DNA of 53,859 nt from a virus, in IMG/VR virus record IMGVR_UViG_3300036779_000164, positions 1 through 53,859 of that record; one strand, 5' to 3'. The notes beneath the pieces were generated by a model, which had not been told where the DNA came from, did not search any database, and worked only from the letters and a program-made list of their open reading frames with translations. The translations under genes and the position numbers were made by a program. Positions 18,791 to 28,241 of this stretch are shown piece after piece (the stretch's first letter is position 1; every line of letters begins with the position of its first letter).

Positions 18791-19627
18791 ATGGAAAACG
18801 AATCTAAAAAAATTAACGTCTATATAACTAAAAAACAGGACACAGAGAACATGCAAATTATACTACAACACGGGTTTATTACGTTTGTAAGAAGATATTG
18901 CAACCGTGATTTTGGAACGACTGAATTATTTAAAGAAACAATTCATGAATACTTTTTTTCGAAAAAAGAAATACCTATACAGAATTTTTCAGATTTGTCA
19001 AGATCTAAAAGTGATCTTGCTCTTTATGCTATTGAAGGAATTTTTTGTCCCACGAAAGATATCGTCAGACTACAGGCTGGCTTTATGGATAAAAGTGAAA
19101 TCGCCAATGTATCTTATGATGTGATTAAAAAAGAAGAAATAATCTTAGCGGTTAAGCTTTTCAGATTAATGCTCATGAAAATCGATATACCTTTGTATTT
19201 GTGTTATGAAAAAGGCGACTTTCCTAATCGTACAATGAATTCTTCAGAGATCTTTTTATATGAAGAAACATTTTATGAACTTCTAATGAACAATTTCGAA
19301 AAGACTATGAATGGAGCGTATATCAAATATGTGGAACTTGATCTTCAAAATGCTATGAACATTTTCTTTAAGCAATTTAATAAGGAAGATTCAGAATATC
19401 TTGGTTATAGACAGAATGAAGACATAGACTTGTTTTTTAAGCTCTTTATCGAAAAAGAAGTTGAAAACATTTTAAAGATTTTTCCTAATGATTCTGATTG
19501 GAACATGAAAGAAGAAGAAGATTGTAAAGTCTCTTTATATATTCAAAGAACCTATCATATACGGCAAACGAAAGTGAATAAGTATGTACTTCCAATGCTT
19601 GCTGATGTGAGAGCAAGGAACAACTAG
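18791..19627 (+). CDS. Hypothetical protein (278 aa) between int and the tRNA
   Basis: Long ORF with no recognisable motif. Confidence 0.55.
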   Translation: MENESKKINVYITKKQDTENMQIILQHGFITFVRRYCNRDFGTTELFKETIHEYFFSKKEIPIQNFSDLSRSKSDLALYAIEGIFCPTKDIVRLQAGFMDKSEIANVSYDVIKKEEIILAVKLFRLMLMKIDIPLYLCYEKGDFPNRTMNSSEIFLYEETFYELLMNNFEKTMNGAYIKYVELDLQNAMNIFFKQFNKEDSEYLGYRQNEDIDLFFKLFIEKEVENILKIFPNDSDWNMKEEEDCKVSLYIQRTYHIRQTKVNKYVLPMLADVRARNN

Positions 19628-19764
19628 TTTCCTAAGATTAACCCCCGCTACGCAGTGATTAACCTCTAGGTTATCTAAATTTAGACATAATTACAAAAAG
19701 TGATCGAATTAAAAACGAATGTATGATTTGCCACCAATCTACAGAGTCACTTGGCCTTTACGGT

Positions 19765-19798
19765 TGCTTCCTCTGAGAGGATTTGAACCCCTGTCTAC
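19765..19798 (-). other. tRNA-like 3' fragment (T-arm plus 3' acceptor strand); candidate attP core or integration scar
   Basis: Minus strand reads GTAGAC-AGGGG-TTCAAAT-CCTCT-CAGAGGA-A-GCA, i.e. a T-stem/loop consensus followed by a 7-nt acceptor strand. No matching 5' half lies upstream. Confidence 0.35.
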
Positions 19799-19889
19799 AT
19801 CTATTAATAATTCGATCAATTCAACAATATCATATGTATTTACAAAAAACAAGTCAATTTAATTCAGTTGCACGCAATTTGAGTGCAAC

Positions 19890-19973
19890 TGGTGGAGAAG
19901 GCAGGATTCGAACCTGCGTAGACGAATCGGCGGATTTACAGTCCGCTGCTTTTGACCACTCAGCCACTTCTCC
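19890..19973 (-). tRNA. tRNA-Tyr: tRNA-Tyr (anticodon GTA), type II with long variable arm, CCA encoded
   Basis: Minus strand: GGAGAAGTGGCTGAGTGGTCAAAAGCAGCGGACTGTAAATCCGCCGATTCGTCTACGCAGGTTCGAATCCTGCCTTCTCCACCA. Acceptor GGAGAAG/CTTCTCC, anticodon loop CTGTAAA, T-loop GGTTCGAATCC. Confidence 0.93.
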
Positions 19974-19990
19974 ATGATAATTTTATATAA

Positions 19991-20019
19991 TAAAAAAACC
20001 ACGAGGAGAACCCCGTGGT
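19991..20019 (-). terminator. Rho-independent terminator on the minus strand, just upstream of tRNA-Tyr
   Basis: Minus strand: ACCACGGGG-TTCT-CCTCGTGGT (9-bp stem, one mismatch) followed by T7. Confidence 0.7.
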
Positions 20020-20239
20020 AGTAGTATGATTATTAATCAAAAAAATTACTCTATTTACAGAAAGGCAAATCCGAAAAGGCAGCGATTTACATTCACCTTT
20101 AAACAATACCATTTCTCTTAATCTTTTCAATTAAATTTTTTTAATTGTTTTTTTTCGATACAAAAAATCTTTTTGATTCTTATTCCCTCCATTTTGTTCA
20201 TTTGGTTTAATTAGCCATAATTTATATGAAAGATATAAA

Positions 20240-20476
20240 ATGATAGAAAATGAAATAATAGAGAGCAAATTACCAGCAGATGCATTAGAAGCTATTGAGC
20301 TACATGAGAAGTTATTGAGTGTATTAGAAGTAGCCAACATATTAAGAGTATCCAGAGCCACACTTTGTAATTTTAGAAGAAAAAAAAATGGCCCACTTTA
20401 TGTGAAAATCGGTCGTGAATTTAAATATCCCGAGAAAAAATTATACGAATTTATAAATAAACAAGTCAACCTATAA
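20240..20476 (+). CDS. Small HTH DNA-binding protein (excisionase/AlpA- or Cro-like)
   Basis: LLSVLEVANILRVSRATLCNFRRKKNGPLYVKIGREFKY is a typical MerR/AlpA-type HTH. First gene of the rightward replication module. Confidence 0.7.
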   Translation: MIENEIIESKLPADALEAIELHEKLLSVLEVANILRVSRATLCNFRRKKNGPLYVKIGREFKYPEKKLYEFINKQVNL

Positions 20477-20505
20477 ATCAATTATTAATTAAAGGAAAAT
20501 AATAA

Positions 20506-20919
20506 ATGTTAATTTACCAATTTGATATGGATAAAGAAGATTTTTATAATCATGACTTATGTGATGATATTTCAAGAGATTTTGAAGATCAAATACTCAT
20601 TAGAACAATCGCTCTTGATATTTTAAGAAACTGGAATTCTTATCGCAAGTCTGGCCATGATATTATGTCAGAATTCTTATTCTCAATCGATGAATTATCG
20701 GATTTCTTTTATATACGCATTGATAAATATGATGAATTCAGAGAACTTCTCATAAAAGCTCATAAATTTTTTCAAAAGAAAAAAGATAAATATGGCTATG
20801 CCAATATATCTTATAAAATCTGCGGTACCATTTATTTTTGTGTTCCAAACTTATTAATCCAATGGCCACTTGTGGAACAAATTATTTTGCAAAGTGTTTA
20901 CTACACTCAAGAAAGATAA
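20506..20919 (+). CDS. Hypothetical protein
   Basis: 137-aa ORF with AAGGAAAA upstream, inside the replication operon. Confidence 0.5.
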   Translation: MLIYQFDMDKEDFYNHDLCDDISRDFEDQILIRTIALDILRNWNSYRKSGHDIMSEFLFSIDELSDFFYIRIDKYDEFRELLIKAHKFFQKKKDKYGYANISYKICGTIYFCVPNLLIQWPLVEQIILQSVYYTQER

Positions 20920-20925
20920 TAAATA

Positions 20926-21240
20926 ATGGATGATTTTAAGAGAATAAAATCTTTTGTTGAAGAAGGAATTTGTTCAACTGAATCTATTCTACATTTCTAT
21001 AATGAAATGAATAAAGTTGTAAATTGTTTTGAAAATATAAACAATCATCAAACTCCTATTCTTTTTTTGTTAGATGATTTGCTTATATATTTTCCAAATT
21101 TTCAAATAAGCGTCATGGATAATTATATGCGAAATAGAGGATTTAAAAAATTCCATGATGATTCAAAAGTATTTTATAAACTTTCTGATATTCTAGCTTG
21201 CTTTGATTTTATGTTTAAATCATCTGGTATCTCTAAATGA
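20926..21240 (+). CDS. Hypothetical protein
   Basis: 104-aa ORF. Its stop overlaps the start of the primase gene (ATGA). Confidence 0.5.
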   Translation: MDDFKRIKSFVEEGICSTESILHFYNEMNKVVNCFENINNHQTPILFLLDDLLIYFPNFQISVMDNYMRNRGFKKFHDDSKVFYKLSDILACFDFMFKSSGISK

Positions 21241-23522
21241 TCAGATACGATTATTTTCAAAGTGTAAAACATGTTTTACCAATTGCTCAATTTCAAACAT
21301 TTGAAGATTTTAGTAGTAAATTTATTGAGTTTGAAGTTATCGAAACAAAAAACGAACGTAATAAGTGTTTTTCATTTACACAATATTTTCCAGGTCTTAC
21401 TCGTGGAAAAGACAATATAGAATTTATAACTGGATTTGTTTTTGATTTTGATAATAAGGATTGTGAACCAATTAATCCCAAAGACATATTTGCAAAACTT
21501 GAAAATTTATCGATTGCTTATTTATGGTACCACACTTTTTCTCATGCAAAAGATAATTTAAGATGGCGTTTAATAATTCCTTTTGGAAGATTTGTTAAAT
21601 CTGATGAATGGGATGATATATATGATAGAGGATTAAATCTTATAGGAAATCCTCCAGGAATCGATCCAGTATGCCGTAAAACAGCACAAATCTATTTCTA
21701 CCCTTATCAACCTAGCCGACCCAATTCTCTGTTTATTGCAGAAAGTTTTAAAGGACATTTATTAGATCCAAATGATCTTGATAAACTTGAAATCAAAAAA
21801 CAAGAGATTATTACAATTCCAATCGAACCGTCGACTTATCCTAAACTTGGAAAAAAGCCGCTAGATGAGTTTGATAAAATAAAGGAAGCTTTAACCTATA
21901 TATCTCCAGATGTTGAATATTTAGAATGGGTTAAAGTTGGTATGGCTCTTAAAAGTGAGCTTGGAGAAGCAGGCGTTGATATATGGGATAACTGGTCGAA
22001 AAATGGTTTGAAATATGGTGGAAGAAAGGAAATCTTATATCGCTGGGCAACGTTTAATAGCCAAGGAGTAAATATCGGAAGTTTATATGCTCTTGCAAAA
22101 GAGAGAGGTTATAAGATTCCGAATCATTTAGCTGAAACCAAAACTCTCATTAAAACAACATATATTGATAAAGACATTTCCTTATATACAGAACCTGAAG
22201 AAGATGTCATTGATGCAGCGTTAAGCAAAATACAGCCTTTTATTTGTAGGGACATGTTTGATATCCCCGATAAAGTCTTAAAAGAACTTTATGAATGGAT
22301 TAATCAAACATCTTTTATTATCCAACCTATTTATTCAATTGCAACTGCCATATCAATTTTCGCTTTTTTGAAAAGAGATATAATTTGTAGTCCCACAAAT
22401 ATCAAAACAAATCTTTATATACTATCTATGGGTCCGAGTCGATCAGGAAAGAATAATGGCTTGGCGCGTATTTATCAAATTATGCAGAAATTAAAACTTG
22501 AGAATTTCGTAGTTTCAGGAATTGGTTCTCATCAAGGCCTTTTAAGACAAATGAATGAAAATAAAGGAGCTATCTTCATCACAAATGATGAAATCTCTTA
22601 TATGCTTGGTAATGTGCAAAATAAACAAGCAAGTTCACATGAAAAAAACATTGAACAAAAGTTATTATCTCTATATAATTGTAAATTTCAAACTACAGAT
22701 GCGATAAAAGGTGAAAAAATGGAAAAGATTTCTGATCCATTTCTTCATGTTTACAGCACCACAACTGAGCAAATTGTTAATATCTTAAAACCTCATTCAG
22801 CTACTTCAGGCTTATTGGCGCGTTTTTTAATTTTCCAAGTCACACCAGGAATGCCTTACATTGAAAATATTAATCCTTATGATGAAATACCTGCATCATT
22901 GCTTGAAGGACTCGGCGAAATACAAAAAGATTCCTTTAGAAAAGCGATATTTGAAGAAGAAGCGGCTCAATGGTTTAAGCAATTTCGAGAAAAAATCAGA
23001 CCGATTCAACAATTATTGAATAAAGAAAATACCCGAGTAGATTCACTTTTTGGCAATTTATCTGAACAAGCAACAAAATTATCTTTACTTACAACACCTT
23101 TTAAAAATCATATTCCTTTTAGTCATAACTCAAAAAATACTGTAGAGAAATGGCCATTTATACGGCTTGAAGATATTCAATGGGGAGTTGCAGTTGCTTT
23201 TCATTGCTTGAAGAATAACATTCAAATAGCTGCTCAATTTTCAGATAACTCACATGAAAAAGTCATTAAAAAGATAAAAGAGATGCTTAAAGCTAAAACA
23301 AAAGAAGGAAATTGGATTTCTAAATCTGATCTTTATAAGGCTATTAATTGCGAAGCAGGTCTATATGCTTTTGAGGGATATTTAAAGCTACTTTATGACG
23401 GAGGAGAAATTGATATTGAGAAAAATCAAAGAGCAAGAGGATTTAAAGTAAGATGGATCTCATCAAAAATAAGAAAAGAAATGGAAAAAAATAATGCGTT
23501 TGCTAAAGAAATAAAATTATAG
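21237..23522 (+). CDS. Bifunctional primase/helicase (prim-pol-like N-domain, PriCT-2-like domain, DUF3987/D5-like P-loop domain)
   Basis: FVFDFDNKD (acidic catalytic motif). EYLEWVKVGMALKSELGEAGVDIWDNWSK...GSLYALAKERGY (PriCT-like). Walker A SMGPSRSGKNNG and Walker B-like FITNDE. Confidence 0.8.
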   Translation: MIRYDYFQSVKHVLPIAQFQTFEDFSSKFIEFEVIETKNERNKCFSFTQYFPGLTRGKDNIEFITGFVFDFDNKDCEPINPKDIFAKLENLSIAYLWYHTFSHAKDNLRWRLIIPFGRFVKSDEWDDIYDRGLNLIGNPPGIDPVCRKTAQIYFYPYQPSRPNSLFIAESFKGHLLDPNDLDKLEIKKQEIITIPIEPSTYPKLGKKPLDEFDKIKEALTYISPDVEYLEWVKVGMALKSELGEAGVDIWDNWSKNGLKYGGRKEILYRWATFNSQGVNIGSLYALAKERGYKIPNHLAETKTLIKTTYIDKDISLYTEPEEDVIDAALSKIQPFICRDMFDIPDKVLKELYEWINQTSFIIQPIYSIATAISIFAFLKRDIICSPTNIKTNLYILSMGPSRSGKNNGLARIYQIMQKLKLENFVVSGIGSHQGLLRQMNENKGAIFITNDEISYMLGNVQNKQASSHEKNIEQKLLSLYNCKFQTTDAIKGEKMEKISDPFLHVYSTTTEQIVNILKPHSATSGLLARFLIFQVTPGMPYIENINPYDEIPASLLEGLGEIQKDSFRKAIFEEEAAQWFKQFREKIRPIQQLLNKENTRVDSLFGNLSEQATKLSLLTTPFKNHIPFSHNSKNTVEKWPFIRLEDIQWGVAVAFHCLKNNIQIAAQFSDNSHEKVIKKIKEMLKAKTKEGNWISKSDLYKAINCEAGLYAFEGYLKLLYDGGEIDIEKNQRARGFKVRWISSKIRKEMEKNNAFAKEIKL

Positions 23523-23534
23523 ATTGGAGATAAA

Positions 23535-24356
23535 ATGGTTGATTTTAAAAATGCTAAACCTGTATTTGATGTTGTGATGCCTAAAATGATTATTTATGGC
23601 ACTAATGGTATAGGTAAATCAAGATTTGCAATGCTTTCCCCAAATGCAATCTTTTTAGATTTCGATAAAAATCTAGGTCAGTACAAGGTTGTAACAAACA
23701 AGAGTGAAGGAATAAATTGTCCTTTAGAGAATTATCAACAAGTGATCGAATTTATTACTCTTCTTATAAATGAGCCTCATGATTTCAAAACAGTGATTAT
23801 TGATACTTTTAGTTCTCTTAATATGATCGTAGAAAATCAGGTAAAACTTGAGCGTAACATCATATCAGTTGGAGCTCTCCCTTTTGGTGAAGGATATCAT
23901 TACACAAAAGTATTGTGGGAACAGATATTAAGAAAATTAGATTATCTTTGGGAAAAAAGAAAAATGATGATTATTTTATTAGGTCATGATCAAATTAAAG
24001 AAATCAAAGATCCAATTAATGGTAATTATCATGGTTATGAAATAGCACTTAATGAAAAGATCATCACAATGTTCCGTCATTGGTGTTCTATTATGCTCTA
24101 TGCGACAAATGTTAAAAGATTTAGGGAAGAAAAAGGAAAATTTGGTAATGTAAATAAAAGACTTTCTGAATCAAAACGTCTTCTTTATACAGAAGGAGAT
24201 GAATTGTTTATTGCTAAAAATACTTATGATTTACCTCCAATTATTCCATTTGATAATGTAGAAGTTGCATGGGAAGTTTTTTATAATCATATTAAATCTT
24301 ATTACAATCCAAAAACTACATCTGAAACTAAAACTGAAACCAAAGGAGATAAATAA
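23535..24356 (+). CDS. Sak4-like / AAA_24-family RecA-type ATPase
   Basis: Walker A IYGTNGIGKS close to the N-terminus, Walker B VIIDT. Typical size and position ahead of a DUF669-like gene. Confidence 0.7.
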   Translation: MVDFKNAKPVFDVVMPKMIIYGTNGIGKSRFAMLSPNAIFLDFDKNLGQYKVVTNKSEGINCPLENYQQVIEFITLLINEPHDFKTVIIDTFSSLNMIVENQVKLERNIISVGALPFGEGYHYTKVLWEQILRKLDYLWEKRKMMIILLGHDQIKEIKDPINGNYHGYEIALNEKIITMFRHWCSIMLYATNVKRFREEKGKFGNVNKRLSESKRLLYTEGDELFIAKNTYDLPPIIPFDNVEVAWEVFYNHIKSYYNPKTTSETKTETKGDK

Positions 24357-24817
24357 TGACTTTTATAAGCTTTGCTAAAGAAGATGAATTTGATCCAAAT
24401 GATACTAAAAAAATAGGTGAGAATAAATTAATTGCACCAGGATCTTATACTGGAGAAATTACTGAAGCAAAAAATCTTGTTACAAAATTTGATTCAGAAG
24501 AAATATTTATCATAAAATGGAAGATAAAAGATCAAGAAATTAACAAAAGATTTAAGCTTTGGAATTCAACTGTCCGAACAAGAGTAAAAGCTCAACAAGA
24601 TCTTATCAATCTTTTAAAACTTCTAAACATCAATATCTTTTTCACAGATAACTCGATTGATTTTGATTCAGATGCTCTTATTGGCAAACAAGCAGGAATT
24701 ATCATCAATCAAGCAAAAGACGATAAAGATAGAGCTTATTCGTTTATTGAATCCTTCTATCCTTTAAATGATGAAAAGTCAGATAATAAAATCCTTGAAG
24801 ATACGATTGGATTTTAA
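24356..24817 (+). CDS. DUF669-like protein (candidate ssDNA-binding partner of Sak4)
   Basis: Start overlaps the upstream stop (TAATG). 153 aa. The synteny AAA_24 then small acidic protein is conserved in phages. The call rests on synteny only. Confidence 0.45.
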   Translation: MTFISFAKEDEFDPNDTKKIGENKLIAPGSYTGEITEAKNLVTKFDSEEIFIIKWKIKDQEINKRFKLWNSTVRTRVKAQQDLINLLKLLNINIFFTDNSIDFDSDALIGKQAGIIINQAKDDKDRAYSFIESFYPLNDEKSDNKILEDTIGF

Positions 24818-25531
24818 ATGCATAATCCTTTTCAAGATATCGATCAACGAATCTGGGAGAGTTTTGTTCATCAGCCACGAGAAAAGCGTAATTACATTGG
24901 TGCCTCCATTGTGGGGCATTCATGTGATCGCAGAATCTGGCTTGAATGGAAAGGATATGTAAATTCCAAAGAATATATAGAAAAAGAAAAATTGGGACAG
25001 AAATATGAAATATTTCATAGAGGTAAATTAGAAGAAGAAATCTTTATAAAAAAATTAGAAAAAATTGGATATACAGTAAAAGACAGACAAGCCGAATTCT
25101 CTTTATATGATGGAAAGCTCCAAGGCCATTGCGATGGTATTATTGTTGATGATCAAGGATTTGAATATATGTTTGAATTCAAAACAATGATGGAAACAAC
25201 TTTCAATAGTGTGAAAAAATGGAAATTAGAAAAAGCCCATATTCATTATTTATATCAAATTCAGCTTTATATGAATTTTATCAATTTTAAATCCGATCAA
25301 GAATGTAAAAAAGCTCTTATTATCTGTCAGAATAAGAATAAAGATTGGGAGAGATATCAAGAATTGCATAGATTGAATCCACAGATGATTCAAGGTGTCT
25401 TAGCGAAAATAGAACGTATCTTTTCTTATGAAGAGGATATGCCTGGTACCATATCACCTGCTGATAATCCTTCTTACATCTGTAAGATGTGTGAATACTT
25501 TAAATTTTGTTATCCGGAGGTAAAAGTGTGA
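24818..25531 (+). CDS. Cas4/RecB-like PD-(D/E)xK exonuclease with a four-Cys cluster
   Basis: GHCDGII...FEFKT (D...ExK), YQIQLY (QhxxY), Cys in GHSCDRR plus C-terminal CKMCEYFKFC (Cx2Cx5C). Confidence 0.8.
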   Translation: MHNPFQDIDQRIWESFVHQPREKRNYIGASIVGHSCDRRIWLEWKGYVNSKEYIEKEKLGQKYEIFHRGKLEEEIFIKKLEKIGYTVKDRQAEFSLYDGKLQGHCDGIIVDDQGFEYMFEFKTMMETTFNSVKKWKLEKAHIHYLYQIQLYMNFINFKSDQECKKALIICQNKNKDWERYQELHRLNPQMIQGVLAKIERIFSYEEDMPGTISPADNPSYICKMCEYFKFCYPEVKV

Positions 25532-25564
25532 TATTTATGTTACATATTGTTATTGGAGAAGTAA

Positions 25565-25996
25565 ATGACCTCTTTCAAACTTGATCTTATCAAACTTCTC
25601 ATTCCTTCGCGCAAAATTACAAATATAAAATTAAAGGAAGAAGATGCAATATGTGTACAATTTGCTAATTATCTTCGTGAAATTACTTTAGAGAAAAACT
25701 TTCCCTTTATATGGTTCCATGTACCAAATCAATTCGCAATATCTCGCCCAATTTTCGGCCTTAAACAATCGTGGATGGGTAGGATAGCCGGAATACCTGA
25801 TTATGTGTTCCTGGGTCATCGTAGCTTCGTTATGGAGTTTAAAAGCAAAACTGGACGCTTATCAGCTGTTCAACAGATTGTTCAAGTGTGGTGCGAAAAA
25901 GCAAATGTGCCATTTTATGTTGCGAGGAATTTTGAAGAAGGAAAAGAATTTGTTAATTCTGAATGGCAAAAATTAAACTTGAATTTACAAAAATAA
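25565..25996 (+). CDS. VRR-NUC domain nuclease
   Basis: GIPDYVFLGHRSFVMEFKSKTGRLSAVQ matches the VRR-NUC signature (PD...ExK...Q). Confidence 0.8.
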   Translation: MTSFKLDLIKLLIPSRKITNIKLKEEDAICVQFANYLREITLEKNFPFIWFHVPNQFAISRPIFGLKQSWMGRIAGIPDYVFLGHRSFVMEFKSKTGRLSAVQQIVQVWCEKANVPFYVARNFEEGKEFVNSEWQKLNLNLQK

Positions 25997-25998
25997 TT

Positions 25999-26469
25999 CT
26001 ATTCAATATCTAAATCTAATATATTTTTTACATCTAATTTTTCAGCTTTATCTTTTTTCTTTATATATTCTTTATATTTGTCCCACTCTTTATCAATGAG
26101 GAAAAGCTTTATATTATTTTTTTTATCTTTATGAATTAAAAATTTCTTACTCCATTTAAGTACTGTTTTAATACTTATTTCATATTTCTCAAGAACAATA
26201 CGTTTATGATATTTTTTAACTTCGTTATATTCTGTTACTATTTTTACTATAGTTTCATAACCATAATATATATTGTCTGCATTAATACCATATTTCTTTA
26301 ACAATCTTCTAAGATAATTTTTATCTAATCGCCTAAATTCAGCATATTCAGGAATAGACATATCCATACGAATAAATTCACTTATAACTGCGCGATCTTT
26401 TTTAATCTGGAAATTTTCAGATAAAATAAGATTAAATGTAGGAAAAAGATGTAATTTTTTTGTTGTCAT
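25999..26469 (-). CDS. Putative DNA-binding protein with two HTH-like segments; last gene of the leftward early arm
   Basis: IPEYAEFRRLDKNYLRRLLKKYGI and VLEKYEISIKTVLKWSKKF resemble HTH units. Converges on the VRR-NUC gene with a 2-nt gap. Confidence 0.45.
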   Translation of the reverse strand: MTTKKLHLFPTFNLILSENFQIKKDRAVISEFIRMDMSIPEYAEFRRLDKNYLRRLLKKYGINADNIYYGYETIVKIVTEYNEVKKYHKRIVLEKYEISIKTVLKWSKKFLIHKDKKNNIKLFLIDKEWDKYKEYIKKKDKAEKLDVKNILDLDIE

Positions 26470-26624
26470 TCTTAGAATAAGAATAATTAATGATAAAAGA
26501 AAATGAAAATTATTACAATTATTAAAATGATAGAAGAAAAGAAAATATTACTATACATTATATAATCAGCTATACATAAACTAGATAAATATTTTCTTAT
26601 CTTTTTTATCATAATATATCCTTT

Positions 26625-26858
26625 TTAATCTATTAAAACAGTTGATAATATCATTGATATACCTAACATAAAAGTCAACTGTAAAATAAGAATTGTTGTG
26701 ATATATATTCTTAGATTTTGAATATCAATTTTTATTTTATGCAATGAATCGTGAATATTTTGATCATGAGATTTAGATTCAATGATATCATACATCATGT
26801 AAAGTTTAGAATTTAACTTTTCTAAGAAATCAGCTTTAGTCTTACTATCTTTCTCCAT
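26625..26858 (-). CDS. Small tail-anchored membrane protein
   Basis: 77 aa with a C-terminal TM segment ITTILILQLTFMLGISMILSTVLI. GGAG upstream. Confidence 0.5.
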   Translation of the reverse strand: MEKDSKTKADFLEKLNSKLYMMYDIIESKSHDQNIHDSLHKIKIDIQNLRIYITTILILQLTFMLGISMILSTVLID

Positions 26859-26897
26859 TTACTCAACTCCCTGTATAAAGCTGCTATTTTTCCTCTT

Positions 26898-27119
26898 TTA
26901 ATGTATTTGTTTGTTAAAATTTGATATTATGGATGTCACGAGGTGATCATAGCCATATTGATATTTCCACTTATCCAAAATATCTTTATTTATATGATAA
27001 CTATTTATAATTGCATTAATAGAAGCGCCAGGCAATAGGGATTCTGCAACAATTAATTTTTTCTGACGATCTGAAAAACGTGTTGTTGTTTTTACGTATT
27101 TTTTAGGTTGGTTATTCAT
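26898..27119 (-). CDS. Small HTH protein (IS3/Tnp_1-like helix-turn-helix)
   Basis: RFSDRQKKLIVAESLLPGASINAIINSYHINKDILDKWKYQY follows the HTH_Tnp_1 pattern. Confidence 0.5.
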   Translation of the reverse strand: MNNQPKKYVKTTTRFSDRQKKLIVAESLLPGASINAIINSYHINKDILDKWKYQYGYDHLVTSIISNFNKQIH

Positions 27120-27369
27120 TTCTTCTTCCCTGACTAATTCGAATACGTTGAAACTTTATTTCCTCTAATTTCTTTTGTATTTCCATAATTTTATCATTCA
27201 AATGAACAATAGAATGAGCCATATGAATCATAGTAGGATATGCCCAAGATTTATTAAGTTCATCAATATCAAACAACTTAATTTCTTTAAGAAGGTCTAA
27301 CCATTTGAGTTCAAAATCTGTTAGTGTTCGATTGATATTTTTGATATCAAGTATTTCAATTGGTTCCAT
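27112..27369 (-). CDS. Hypothetical early protein
   Basis: 85-aa ORF that overlaps the downstream gene by 8 nt. Confidence 0.5.
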   Translation of the reverse strand: MEPIEILDIKNINRTLTDFELKWLDLLKEIKLFDIDELNKSWAYPTMIHMAHSIVHLNDKIMEIQKKLEEIKFQRIRISQGRRNE

Positions 27370-27427
27370 GTATGGAGTCCATTTAATTATTATTTATTGC
27401 ATATTTCTTTAGTCATGACGTTCTTTC

Positions 27428-27703
27428 TTAATTATTATTAATCGCATATATAAATTCTTTTGAAGGGAAAAGAGATTGAGTTAATATAATGTCAACCTCT
27501 TCATCTGATAAAGATCGCTGTTTCATATTCTGAAATATCTCAGTTAAAAGCATCGTATAGAAATGTCGGGGTGCAATACGAGATTTCTCTATTTCATTTA
27601 AATAGTTATTTATTGATCTTTGTAAATCTTTTTGTTGTAAAAACATAATATAACTATCCACTTGTTTCATAATTCTTTTTCTATATTTATAAAATGAAAT
27701 CAT
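27428..27703 (-). CDS. Hypothetical early protein (~90-aa family, distant member)
   Basis: 91 aa, same length and helical pattern as 30079/30361/31553. Similarity is weak. Confidence 0.5.
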   Translation of the reverse strand: MISFYKYRKRIMKQVDSYIMFLQQKDLQRSINNYLNEIEKSRIAPRHFYTMLLTEIFQNMKQRSLSDEEVDIILTQSLFPSKEFIYAINNN

Positions 27704-27735
27704 GATATCTCATTTGTTACTTTTAATTTAAAAAA

Positions 27736-27996
27736 TTACTTTTCATCAACTTTTATTTTCTTAAATTCATTAGAACAAATAATAATACGTTCTGTTATAA
27801 TTTTGATCAATTTTTTAATGGTATCAAAATTATCTTCTTCTTGATTAATTATATTTTTATGAACTGCATGAACTAACCGGCGAATTACATAAAATAAAAG
27901 TGTACCATAATTTTCAGCAGATGTCTTTTGATCTTTATCAATCTCATTACATATATAAGCCAAGCTAGATAAAGAATTTGCTCCTTCTAATTTCAT
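27736..27996 (-). CDS. Hypothetical early protein
   Basis: Strong RBS GGGAGG upstream of ATG 27996. The track ORF extends to 28071, but that hydrophobic N-extension lacks an RBS. Confidence 0.55.
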   Translation of the reverse strand: MKLEGANSLSSLAYICNEIDKDQKTSAENYGTLLFYVIRRLVHAVHKNIINQEEDNFDTIKKLIKIITERIIICSNEFKKIKVDEK

Positions 27997-28241
27997 ATTT
28001 TCCTCCCTTTTTATTATTAAGCCCCATAATGTACGCAATTTAAAGATAACAAATATATAAATTAAAATCAATTTAATTTATCAGAAATGGTTTATTTTAT
28101 TGAATTGATAATAGATAAAGAGAAAAGCGAAATGCCTTTATAATACATGTTCGGGACAAATCGGAGAATAATATTTAAAAGGTCTTACATTCGCTTAGAA
28201 AGATCATAAAAGATTATATGTGGAATTGTAAAGAAGGAATT

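Noticed and set aside
19783-19977. Plus-strand ORF 19783..19977
   Set aside because: It runs antisense through tRNA-Tyr and the tRNA-like fragment, so it is an artefact.
20131-20361. Minus-strand ORF overlapping the HTH gene
   Set aside because: The plus-strand ORF 20240..20476 has a clear HTH motif. The minus ORF is low-complexity and has no RBS.
25994-26001. Convergent gene ends (VRR-NUC gene against the leftward arm) with a 2-nt gap as a regulatory collision site
   Set aside because: No hairpin or other signal is present. Close convergent packing is common in phages, and nothing specific can be supported here.
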